The notes beneath the pieces are model-generated. The model saw only the letters and a program-made list of their open reading frames with translations. It made no database searches and had not been told where the DNA came from. A program made the translations under genes and the position numbers. 28,987 nt of DNA from Anthoceros angustus (Eukaryota > Plantae > Anthocerotophyta). Shown piece after piece: positions 19,718 to 28,987 of this stretch; positions within the stretch are counted from its first letter, which is position 1, and every line of letters begins with the position of its first letter. The stretch spans positions 1 through 28,987 of the forward strand of contig VJWM01000372.1 of the NCBI GenBank assembly GCA_010909165.1, in the 5' to 3' direction.

Positions 19718-22553
19718 GAGTTCGTCACCGGGCGCCGACGGTGATCTCGAGCGGGCGCCTTTCGTCCGCACCTGCCGTCTCCACCGATAGCGTCCATCAA
19801 CTCGTCATCATCGTCCAGCCAGTTGAATATCTGCGTACCGCGCACGCCGAATTTCTGCGTGATCATTTGGCGCTTGGCGGCGTAGTCGGCCGGATTGAAC
19901 TGCTCCAGCAGATCGGCCGCCAATTCCGGGTTGTTGAACGCCGCGCTGGCGAGTTCGTCGATGGCCCGGGCCTGGACCTTCTTCGATTTGTTGCGCAGCC
20001 ACGTCGACATCACGTCGACGACGGCGATCGTCGGCGACAACTGATGACGGCTCACGCTGCGAACGCGGGAAGCGATGCCGGTCGTCGTCAGGGACGGGTC
20101 CAGCTTGCCGGAGAGCGCTTGCGCGGTGCCGGAGGTGGGCGCCCGCGTGCGGATGCTGCCTTCGGCGCCAGCGAGTGCGCCGAACAGTTCCTTGATGTTG
20201 GCCAAGCCGTCGGGGTCGTCAGACCACAGTTCGTCTGCGACGGCGGCCACTTTCGGGTCGTCGAAGAAGTTTCGCTTCTTAATCCCAACGCTCGCCGCCG
20301 GCGGAATTGGGCGCGGAGAACTTCCTGGTCTTGACGAGTTCCCAGCGCCGAGCGGGCGTTGGCGCGGGCTTCCGGCGAGTTGCCTGCGGCCTCCAGCAGT
20401 TCGACTGTCGCCTGGCGGGGTTAGGGCCGGTCGTCAGATTACGCACCGCGTCGATAGTTGCCTCGTCGCCGTAGCGAAGATAGCTGGCCTGCGCCGAGCG
20501 GCCCGGCGTCGTCAGCCGACGTTGCGTCTCGGCGCTGGCGGTTTCGACACCGCCGCGGTATTCGCCGGCGGCGCGCAAGCGCGTCAGGCGGTCGCGAAGC
20601 TCGGGAACTGTCCCAGCAGGACGCCGCGCTGTTCCATGTAGCGGGTAAGCTGCTCAGGGCGCTCGGCGAGGCCGCGCGTTTGGATGTCGGACAGAACCTC
20701 ATCGGCCAGTGCGTCGCGGACGCGCGGATCGGTGCCGGCCTCGCGCAGCAACGCGTTAAGGTCGTTCAGATTGCCCTGGTCGGGCTGCGCGAAGCGGCTG
20801 GCCACCGCGCTGTCGTTCATGCGGTAGCCGCCGCCTTCGCGCGGGTGAAGCGTTTCTGCGATGCCGGTGCCGCGGCGTTCGAAGCGGTCGCCGACATCTC
20901 TGCGGATCGCTCGAGCGGCTTGGTATTGCTCGCGCAACTCGGGCGGCATGGCCTCGTCGAGGAAGGTGTCCGTCTGGTCGCGGAATTGCCGAGCGACACG
21001 GGCCTGCTGACGATTGCCAGCGGCCTCGGCGGTGCGGATGTCGTCCGACAGGCCGGAGCGCGTGCTGGTGATCTCACGCAGCGGGACCGTGGCGTCGGCA
21101 ACAACCTCGCCGGCATTATCGACCGGCAGGGGGTTGGTTTGGGATACCCGCTTCTGCCGGCAGGAAACGCTGGCGATCATTCAGCGGCAAAGGCGTTCGC
21201 GGTGCGGCCGAAACGCTCGGCAAGAGGCTGGATCGGAACTTGCGTCGGCTTCGTTGATCGGGGCGAACGCTTCCCTGCACGGTTGGCGGCGTCGTAGGAA
21301 TCCTGAAGCCCAGCACGCAAGGTCGATCCGCGGGCCGTGGCGTCGGCCAGTTGCGGCCGCGCGCCGCCTGCTGCTTCACCGAAGATCAGCCGCGCCACTT
21401 CCTCGGCGTCCGCTGCTTCGGCAAGCTGCGCGTCCCGATTGGCCGACAACGCAGCGCGGAAATGCGCGGGTCGCCGTCCGGCGAGATAGCATGCATGACA
21501 TCGGAGACGGCCGTTGCGTTGGCGACGCGGCGCGTGTTCGCCGCGCCGGGCGTCAGCATATCCTGGTTCTGCACCATCGTCATCAGGAGCGGATCCTGAG
21601 TGCGATCGCCGATGTTGGCGGTATAGCCGGAACGGCGCGCTCTACCGGCGACGGCTGGCGCAGCCGATCGGCCAGCGCTCGCGTGTCCACCGCGCCGGTA
21701 TCGGCGTATTGCGCGCCGAGATCGGTCGAGTTGTTGATGATGCGGTCGGCGACTTCCTACCGGCCACTTCGTCCATCAGCGCCGGCTTGTTGGTGGCAGT
21801 CGCATAGGCGTTGCGCACGGCCGACGCGAGGCTGTCGCCGACAGCCGTGAGTCCGGCGCCGCCGAGCGACCCCAGGAAATCGGACCAGAAATTGTCGCCG
21901 ACCTGCGGGTTACCGGCCGCCTCATTCGCGATGCCCGCACCGAGTCCGGCGCCAGTGGCGTACTGCACTTCACGCTGCGCAAGACCGACGGATTGGCAAC
22001 AGCGGGCTCGGCGAAGAACCGGGTCAAAGGGCCGGAACGCCGCACAGCGTCCGCATTCGCTCGGCCGCTACCAGCGAGCCGCCGAGTGGAACGGCCGTCG
22101 CGCCGATCTCACGGCCGACGCGACCGGCGATGCGCTGGAATGCGTCCTGCGGCACGACTTCTTCGCGGCCGGTGACTGTGCGACCGGCAGCAGCAGGAGC
22201 GCCGATAATGTCGTCGATCATCTCGGAGCCGAGAAGTGGGTACTCGCTGTCAAGACCGGCCAAGCCAAGGCCGGCGTTTACCAAGTCGACCGGAAGCCGA
22301 GAACGGACGCGACGCCGCCGCCCTGGTCCAGCATATGGGCCGCCGTGTTGTCGGCGTAATCAGCCGCGCCAAGCAAGCTCGTCAGCCACGACGATCGTCC
22401 CTGCTGCGCCGCCGGCACAGTAGGGGCCGCAGCAGCGGGCACTTCCGTAGCGGGTGCGGCGGGCTGCGACGACAGAATGCTTTCGACTTCGGCGTCAGAC
22501 GCGTCGTCGGGAACTTCGATGCGACGGCCTTCGAACTCGATGACGCGCGCCAT
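19714..22553 (-). CDS. Large putative virion internal / DNA-ejection protein (~940 codons); multiply frameshifted as read
   Basis: Starts MARVIEFEGRRIEVPDDASDAEVESIL, then Ala/Gly-rich helical segments continue over several frames to ...FNNPELAADLLEQFNPAD. Coupled to both neighbours by overlaps. Function inferred from composition and position. Confidence 0.6.
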
Positions 22554-23945
22554 TACTGCACCTTGACCAGTTTGCCGTCACGGCGCTCCCAGCGCTCGGG
22601 CGCAGCGCCACCATCCATCGTGGTCGAGGTGGTGCTGGCGGTGCGCTGCCGCCCACAGCGTCCACGCCGCCCTTCCTGGCGTTCCCCAGGATGGCTTCCT
22701 GGCTTTCGATCATCTTGATCGCCTGGTCGAGCCGGGCGAGCGACGACTGCTGGTTCGAAGTCATGCCCTCGAGGCCAAGCGCCGAGCGGGCGGTGCGGAT
22801 CATCTCGTTGGAGAGACGATCGGCGCCCTGCAGCTTCGCGTACTGGAAAGCCAGCATGTTCGACATGAGCTCAATCGCCGGGATGTTCTTATCGAACGAA
22901 CCCGCCAGATCCTGCTCTTCAAGGCCCTGCGCAATGCGCTTTGATAGCGTCGACGTTTCCGCCGAAATAGCGGCCCAGTTCGCCGCCCGTGGCGATGACG
23001 TTCTGAGCGGTGCCGCGCATCCAGCCGATCACCCCTGCGACGCCGGCGCAGTAGCGATCATGTCGCGAAGCTGTACGGCAACATCCTTTGCGACAGCGGC
23101 GTCGACAAGCTGTTTGTCGATGCGGTTTGTCGTCGACGCGCCAAGCACATCGTCTACCGCGCCCTGCGCCTGCGCCTTGAAGGTCTGCGTGCCCTGAGGC
23201 GGCGCCTGACGGGTCTGCGAATCGACCAGGCCCAGGGTCGGGTCGAATATGGCCGTTCCTGGCGACCGTCGGGCGCGCGGTAATTGACAACATCCGTGCT
23301 GCCGGCCGGTTTGTCGTATGGCGTCTGGCCGATCGCATCGGCGCGACTGACGATGCGCCCTTCTGCTGTTTGCACGCTCTCGACGTTGAGGTCGCTGCCG
23401 ACGATGGCGTTCTGCAGTTCCGGCGGAAGGCTTTCCAGTATCCCACCTTTGACTTCCGTCTCGGAGCGCGGCTTGAAGCCCATGCTCGAGCGCAGCGTGC
23501 GATCGACGCCGTACATCGACGCGATGTCCGCTGGGATCTCGGGGCGAACCTGGCCCTGGTCCAGCGGGTCGTAGAACTTCGTCAAGTTGTCCAACTGGTT
23601 CGTCTCGATCGCGCGGGCGTTGTCCGCAGCGTTGTTCGCGCGCGACGTGCTCGCCTGCGTGTCGTAGCCGTAGCGCTTCGTCGCGTCGTCCATGTCACGA
23701 GCGCCGAAGCCCTGCGTCGGAGCCCACGAGCCGGTCGCCGCACCCATGCGATCAAACGTGTCCTGATTGAAGTTCGGGTCGTTGATGTAATCGAACTGCG
23801 ATGCCAACCGCCGGCGCGCGGGCATCTGCCGTTGCCCAACCGGCTGCATCGGCGCCGCTCGGCGCTCGAACAGCGCCGAGAGATTGCTGGCGGCCTGTGC
23901 GAAGGCTGCGTTGTTGAAATAGCCGTTCGTCTTGATTGAGGGCAT
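22553..23945 (-). CDS. Putative virion internal / DNA-transfer protein (~460 codons); frameshifted as read
   Basis: GAGGT RBS. Runs MPSIKTNGYFNNAAFAQAASNLSALF ... ERRDGKLVKVQ*, with a TAATG overlap into the next gene. Confidence 0.6.
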
Positions 23946-23955
23946 GGCGACCTCG

Positions 23956-24380
23956 CTATCGCGACCGAACAGCGGATCGGGCGGCGGCTTGACCAGAGCT
24001 CCGGCCATACATTCGCGTCCATGCTTGATGAGATGCGCTCGGTGCAGTGTGATCGTCAGCTCGGCCTGAAAGATGAAAGCGTGATTCAGCGAAAAGCCGC
24101 GTTCGCGAGGCGCCATTCGTCACGAGGTCGTTGACCTGGCCCAGACCGAACCACACTTGCTCCGGCGTCAGCATGTTGGGGTGGCAGCCGTGACAATGGG
24201 ACAGGCAGCCCAAAGCTGCCGCGATATCGATCGACTGATTTCCGGGAATGCCGCCGGAACATCATCAACAAGAATTGCGGCTTTGATGATTTCCTGGGTC
24301 GCTAAGAGCGCACCACGAACAGCCTCGCCTGGCGCCGCTATGAGCTCGAGCATCCTTTGCGGTGACAAGGCAGGAATGGG
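23956..24380 (-). CDS. Hypothetical protein; frameshifted as read
   Basis: Protein-like segments SPQRMLELIAAPGEAVRGALLATQEIIKAAIL and MLTPEQVWFGLGQVNDLV lie in adjacent frames. Confidence 0.35.
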
Positions 24381-25089
24381 GATTTATGGAATGCGAACCG
24401 GTGACGGGCATAGAGCACTCTTCGGCCGGAACCCATGACGCATCATCGAGCCTTCCTCGACGTGAGACGTGCCTGATTGGCGGGTTCGTGATGGCGATTG
24501 TCGGAGGTTCCGACGGCGAGTGCAGCTGCCGAGGTCTGCGGATTTACCGGCAAGACTGAATGTATACGGCAATACGAATGGATGCAAGGAAAAAATGCCT
24601 ATCGCATTGATGGCGTTCGCGAGCGGCCAGCTGCCACTGATCGGCTCGCGACAGACGGATTTAAAGTTCCAGCGAGCCGCAGATTCCACGCGACCTCGAC
24701 GGCGCCGCGGGGCGATCAAGTTTAGTATCGGCAGGGGTCCGGCCACCCTCCAGCCGCGGGCGTGGCGGCGCGCCTGGGCAAGCCACGGCGCCAGCTCACG
24801 TCGGTCGGCAAAGGTCAGGCTGGCGCCACACCCTGTGGAGCTGGCAACAGACGTGCATGCGGGTGACGGCCTTCTGTAGCAGCGTCTCAATTGCACTTCA
24901 TCACCGAGTCAGTCCGCGCCGGCCGCCGCCGATAATGCCCGATTAAACGGCGTCGGGCGGGCCAGGACTAGATAACTCCTTCATAATACTGTTTACTTGG
25001 CTGATAGATCAGACACTTAGTGCGCGCGCGGTAGCGCTTTGCAAAGGGCTGATAACAGATCAAAATAGGACGATCGTCCACGTTACGCC

Positions 25090-25120
25090 AAAGAAAAGGC
25101 GCGCTTAGAAAGCGCGCCTT
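25090..25120 (-). terminator. Rho-independent terminator
   Basis: Perfect 11-bp stem AAGGCGCGCTT (25096-25106) / AAGCGCGCCTT (25110-25120), with a T-rich tail on the minus strand, 11 nt after the stop at 25132. Confidence 0.8.
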
Positions 25121-25131
25121 GCCGCCGTCCG

Positions 25132-25335
25132 TTACACGACGGCGTTGTACTCATCACATAGCGCCTGGAATTTCAGCGCGAGCTCTTCCGGTAGGATGCC
25201 GTCGACGAGGACGCGATCCTTGACCCTGGCGATGCCGCGAGCGATTGGGTCGTGCCAACTAATGATTTCCAGTTTGGCCGGCCGATCCTTGAGGGGCACT
25301 GGCTGGCGCGTTTTGAAGTCAATAACTTGTCCCAT
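25132..25335 (-). CDS. Small hypothetical protein (MGQVIDFKTRQPVPLKDRP...)
   Basis: Strong GAGGAG RBS, an intact 67-aa frame, and its own terminator. Confidence 0.65.
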   Translation of the reverse strand: MGQVIDFKTRQPVPLKDRPAKLEIISWHDPIARGIARVKDRVLVDGILPEELALKFQALCDEYNAVV

Positions 25336-25673
25336 TGCTGTTCTCCTCATGGTCCCGCGTTTCAAACGGGTAGCTGGGGTGAAACGTCCGACAGCGGCGG
25401 ACTCGCGGGATTTTGGGCATAAGCTTGACATGGCTGGCGCCCCGGCTGGTGATCGATTGCAGACTGTATGCGGCGTTTCAAGCCAGGCACAGATTTGCGC
25501 AACCTCAGAGTTTTGTCAAGTACCGTTGCATTTTTTCTTCCCCGCAAGCATCCGATCCGCCAATGTAAGTCGTCAGTCAGTAAAACGGACGTCGACTGAC
25601 AGAACGGACGCGGCATTGACTGTTGACTATTCTTGAGGATTGCGATGAACTCGCGGTACGGAGCGATGGGCAG

Positions 25674-25850
25674 GTGACTAGGTCAATCCCCTATCTGAAG
25701 CGGAATCCAAACGGCACCTACTACGTCCATTGGACGGAGGATCGCATCGGAAAACGCGTGACGACCAAAACGCGAGACGCCGATCGCGCGACCAGGTTCC
25801 TGGCGGACTGGATATACAAGTCGGGAATCGGCACCGATGACCGCTACCCA
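25674..25850 (+). pseudogene. Fragment resembling the N-terminal arm-binding region of a phage tyrosine integrase
   Basis: PYLKRNPNGTYYVHWTEDRIGKRVTTKTRDADRATRFLADW. No catalytic domain follows. Confidence 0.45.
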
Positions 25851-26169
25851 TCGTCAGACCGTCAGCGCCCTGGAAAACGAAGGGCTGAAGTGTCGGAAGA
25901 GGCCTCATACCGGAATTCATTTCGGAGCGCCGGGCTGCCGAATTGCTCGGCATTTCGCGGCGCCCATGGAATATCTCCGAGCTACCGGGCGCATCACCTA
26001 CTATAAATTCGGGCCGCCGCGGTACGACCGTAAGGACGTCGAGGAGTTCCGCGAGGCGGAAGCGAAAAGGCCGAGCTGGCGCAGTGGAAAGCGGATTACG
26101 CCGTCCGCGCCGCGGAGAAACGCGCGGCGCAGGAGGCAAAGAGGAACGACGCCCCTCTGTCGAACATGA
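25837..26169 (+). CDS. Excisionase-like helix-turn-helix DNA-binding protein; frameshifted as read
   Basis: ISERRAAELLGISRR + MEYLRATGRITYYKFGPPRYDRKDVEEF is an HTH_17/MerR-like Xis pattern. Confidence 0.65.
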   Translation: MTATHRQTVSALENEGLKCRKRPHTGIHFGAPGCRIARHFAAPMEYLRATGRITYYKFGPPRYDRKDVEEFREAEAKRPSWRSGKRITPSAPRRNARRRRQRGTTPLCRT

Positions 26170-26208
26170 AAACAAAATGATTAGGGCCGCGGCCTACGTT
26201 GCGTCGCG

Positions 26209-26533
26209 TCAATCGAATAGCGAGCCGCCCCGGTTTGGTCGTCGTGCTCGATTGCTTTTCGTGCCGCGAGGTCGGCCGCACTCGTCCAGCGCTTCGCTGA
26301 GCTCTTCCGGACTCATCTCGCTCGGCGGCTTCTGACTGCGGTTTGGCTTCTCGCCATAAGCCGTTAGCGCGCAACAGCGCGGCGCCTGCGGCGGACTTCG
26401 CCGGCGCGGCCGCCTTCGGATCCGCGCAGACCGCGATGAGCGCATCCACCGCGCTCTCGAGGCCTGTTGTGCGCAGCTTATGCATGACGCGCTCGGCGGT
26501 TTCGTATTCGATGTCCTTCTTAGGCTTGCCCAC
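26209..26533 (-). CDS. Hypothetical phage protein, small-terminase-like
   Basis: AAGGAA RBS and GTG start. AVDALIAVCADPKAAAPAKSAAGAALLRANG and a C-terminal SEMSPEELSEAL resemble TerS-like helical proteins. Confidence 0.45.
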
Positions 26534-27084
26534 GGCAGATTTCCTTTCGTTTGCGAGGAAGGTTGATCGCTTTCACGAATTCAGCCGAACACGCCCTTCC
26601 CTCGCGGATCGCGATCTGGATCTGGATTCGCAAAATGTCGACGCGCGCGTTGCGGTCCTGACGCGCCGCTGATCGGCGGCGCGGGCTTTCGTGCTGCCTG
26701 GCTTGTGGGTTTTCTGCCACTTATCGTAGGCGCGGCGCTTGTTGGCCGGCATCATCGCGACACGCTTCGCGCGCTTGTCGGCCGCGCGCTGCAAATCGCC
26801 GAGCTTGCGATTGAGTTTTTCATCGCGTCGGGCGCGTTCTTGTTCGGCCACCGCGGACGGTGCCAACCGTCGCCGGATGGGACGCGTCCGCCGTGCAGGT
26901 AACAGCGGCCGTTGCTCATTGCCAGTTGCTGACAAGGTTGGCCGTCGCGTTTTCGGCGCGCTCCACATTTCGGATGCTGGTGGCGGCCGCGTCGGTTCCA
27001 TCTTTGATGGCGGCGCGCGCAACGGCAATCTGTTGGGCAGCCGCGCCACCGATGCGGCCGTTTGTGTTGCGAGCGGTTCTTCAT
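26520..27084 (-). CDS. HGGxSTG-domain protein; frameshifted as read
   Basis: KCGARRKRDGQPCQQLAMSNGRCYLHGG matches the C-G-A...C...AM.NGRC.LHGG signature. Confidence 0.75.
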
Positions 27085-27204
27085 GGCAACATCCTGAAAA
27101 GGATGGGGTATCGCCCGAAAAGCTTCAGCGTTCCCAATTCCATCCGATTTCTCGCGACCCAAAACCGGAGACGGGAGGCGGCTGCGCAAGCGCGCCTCCC
27201 CGTA

Positions 27205-27365
27205 GGGGAACTTTGCGCAGAACTGAAGCGCAGCGCGCAAGCGCATGGACTTCAGCGCACTTTGCGCGCGGCTTTGCGCAGGCAAAATGCGCAAAGTGCT
27301 CGCGCGCAATGAAATCAATGGGTTACGCGGGACCCGAGCGCACTTTGCGCAGACTTTGCGCACCG
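27205..27365. repeat. Iteron-like CTTTGCGC array with an IHF-consensus site; putative replication origin
   Basis: CTTTGCGC at 27211, 27260, 27272, 27343 and 27354, inverted at 27289-27296. AATCAATGGGTTA (27313-27325) fits WATCAANNNNTTR. Confidence 0.6.
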
Positions 27366-27408
27366 TCTTCATTCCCGTCCTCACTCGAAAACCGATGCTG
27401 GAAATTCG

Positions 27409-28088
27409 TCAGACGTTTTGCAGGCAAACGACATACCCTTTTACCGGATGCCGCGAAGCCGACTTCCCAACAACGTCCTGCCGGATGATTCCTTTGCGCT
27501 CGAGCCGTGCAACGGCCGCGCCAATCTCTTCGATCGAATACGCCTGCAGTTCCTCTGGTATGCGCCGCTTCAAAATCTTCGGAGCGTAGTGCGCGCTGTT
27601 CGGCGCCGGCGAAAGCGCGATGCCGACGCATTCGTTAAGCGCCGCCAGCGTGGCGGCCTCAGCAGCATCGTCCAAAGTCGGGATCGATGTGGCAGGCCAT
27701 CCAGTCGCCGTGTCTGCCGCGGGTACTTTCCGGCGACAACCTCGAAGGCGCCACGCGACCATTTGATTTTGAGCAGCGAACCCTTGGGACCGTAGTTCAA
27801 TTTCATGCCTTCGAGCTCGCGGATGCTTCCACGCTCGGCTCGGTCCGGATGGCGAAGATACAGCCGCGATCGAACGGCGTTGCTCCACGCCGTCGAGCCT
27901 GACGTGCCGGTGCCGCTGTTCTTGCCGGCAACTGATGGGTGTCCGAGCGCGATCACGCTACCGCCGAACGAAGCAGCCAAGCCACCCAGGCAAACCTTCA
28001 CAAAGGTGACCTGAGTGCGGTTGATCTCATCGCCGACGAACACATCGGAGAGCGTGTCGATGACCACCACATCGGCGCCGAAGGTCAC
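27409..28088 (-). CDS. RecA-family replicative helicase (RSF1010 RepA / AAA_25-like), C-terminal part only
   Basis: VVVIDTLSDVF.GDEINRTQV (Walker B), IALGHPS and SGSTAWSNAVRSRLYL. Walker A and the N-terminus are missing because the frame breaks at about 28090. Confidence 0.8.
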
Positions 28089-28987
28089 TGCGTCTTAAGA
28101 CATGATCCTAAAATGGAACCACATATGTTATGTATTAGGAGCGGACGCGGCGTCACGGCGAAACGATTGGCGTTAGCGCGAACCGTTCTAGGCCCGTGCG
28201 CCGAATGCGTCTGGCGTAAAGGCGGCGAGTGGGCGGGGCGGTGGCAAATTTTCTGCAGACCGAGAGGTGGGGCAGTGCATTGGTCGTAAAGTTGTTGCTC
28301 GGGGTACCCGGCTTATAGTTCTTTTTTCTCTTGAGGATGAAAAAATATAGGTCTTTTTACTTTGGGACTTCACCTTCTTATCAAAGTTCTATCTCGGAGG
28401 AATTGTATCGAGACCACGACATCCAAAGCCACAAACTTCTTTCTTACACTATTCACAGGATGGCGGGCGACAACTGCGTGTGGCGGAATATGGTAATTTA
28501 GAAATTTTCTAATTTTGTTTGCACTCGATAGATGCAGGATACAAACCTTAATTGTATATTGACTCGTGCTCGTGTCATGGTGACCGTTTATTGTTTAGCA
28601 CACTGTCGAACCTGTTGGTAGGAAAGCAGAATGGCGTTGATCGATAAGCGTGATCAGACATCACGCATAAAAAATTTCACAGGACAACATGCATAACGGC
28701 TTATTAGGCTAGAGGCGGTATATATAGAATTTGTCGGTGATCGACCTGTCGACGAGGTTGCCAACCTTGACAAAAATTGTAAGAAATATGGGTACATAAC
28801 CAGCTCTGAGGCAATTGACTCCTAATGATTGGCTGCGGGCTCTCTCACCTCGGCTTCGGCAACTATGGACGTAAAAGCGCAAACTCTAAACACAGCCACA
28901 TCTGCGCATGGTCAACCCACATGGCGGAGGAACAACATTATCTTGATTTCATGGTCCAATGACTTAACCTTACCTTCGCTCTTTTCT

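Larger units (their letters stand above)
1892..28088 (-). mobile_element. Prophage-like or phage-satellite-like element with a large internal cargo; ends not defined
   Basis: Co-oriented replication, packaging-like, virion, tail fibre and lysis genes, several with ATGA/TAATG overlaps. No att repeats or full integrase seen. Confidence 0.7.

Noticed and set aside
19741-23939. Long plus-strand ORFs such as 20458-21297 and 21014-21850
   Set aside because: They are antisense shadows of GC-rich minus-strand phage genes and have no recognisable motifs.
24384-24896. Overlapping ORFs of 136-170 aa on both strands
   Set aside because: No motif or clear start signal shows which one, if either, is real.
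1-28987. Mass pseudogenisation or programmed frameshifting suggested by frameshifts in nearly every gene
   Set aside because: Indels hit all genes alike, including rpsU, and differ between the two DUF982 copies, often in short homopolymers. This pattern fits sequencing error better.

Overview
This window looks like Rhizobiaceae (Rhizobium/Ensifer-type) DNA, judged from gene content. Small indels split almost every gene across reading frames, probably from long-read sequencing error, so I rebuilt the genes by eye and the boundaries are approximate. Most of the window (~1.9-28.1 kb) is a prophage- or satellite-like element read mainly on the minus strand. In order it has a RepA/AAA_25 helicase (5'-truncated), an iteron-like array, an HGGxSTG protein, a TerS-like protein, an excisionase-like HTH protein, two large putative virion/ejection proteins, a collagen-repeat tail fibre, a muramidase endolysin and holin-like genes. 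I could not recognise a capsid, portal or large terminase. About 12 kb of cargo sits between the virion genes and the tail fibre. It includes a PqqD/RRE - HPr-kinase-like - GT2 - GT2 - nucleotidyltransferase - SDR operon, a divergent GT8-like glycosyltransferase apparently joined to a plant-type DUF579 (GXM-like) methyltransferase, and a formyltransferase. It also holds a ~43-codon lasso-leader-like peptide gene that is missing from the ORF track. No lasso cyclase or leader protease is present, so the best candidate for a new system is a phospho/nucleotidyl/glyco-modified peptide or a peptide-primed glycan pathway on a phage-like element. The left end has an rpsU (bS21) paralog and small ORFs. 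The last ~0.9 kb is AT-richer, apparently non-coding, and may be an assembly artefact.
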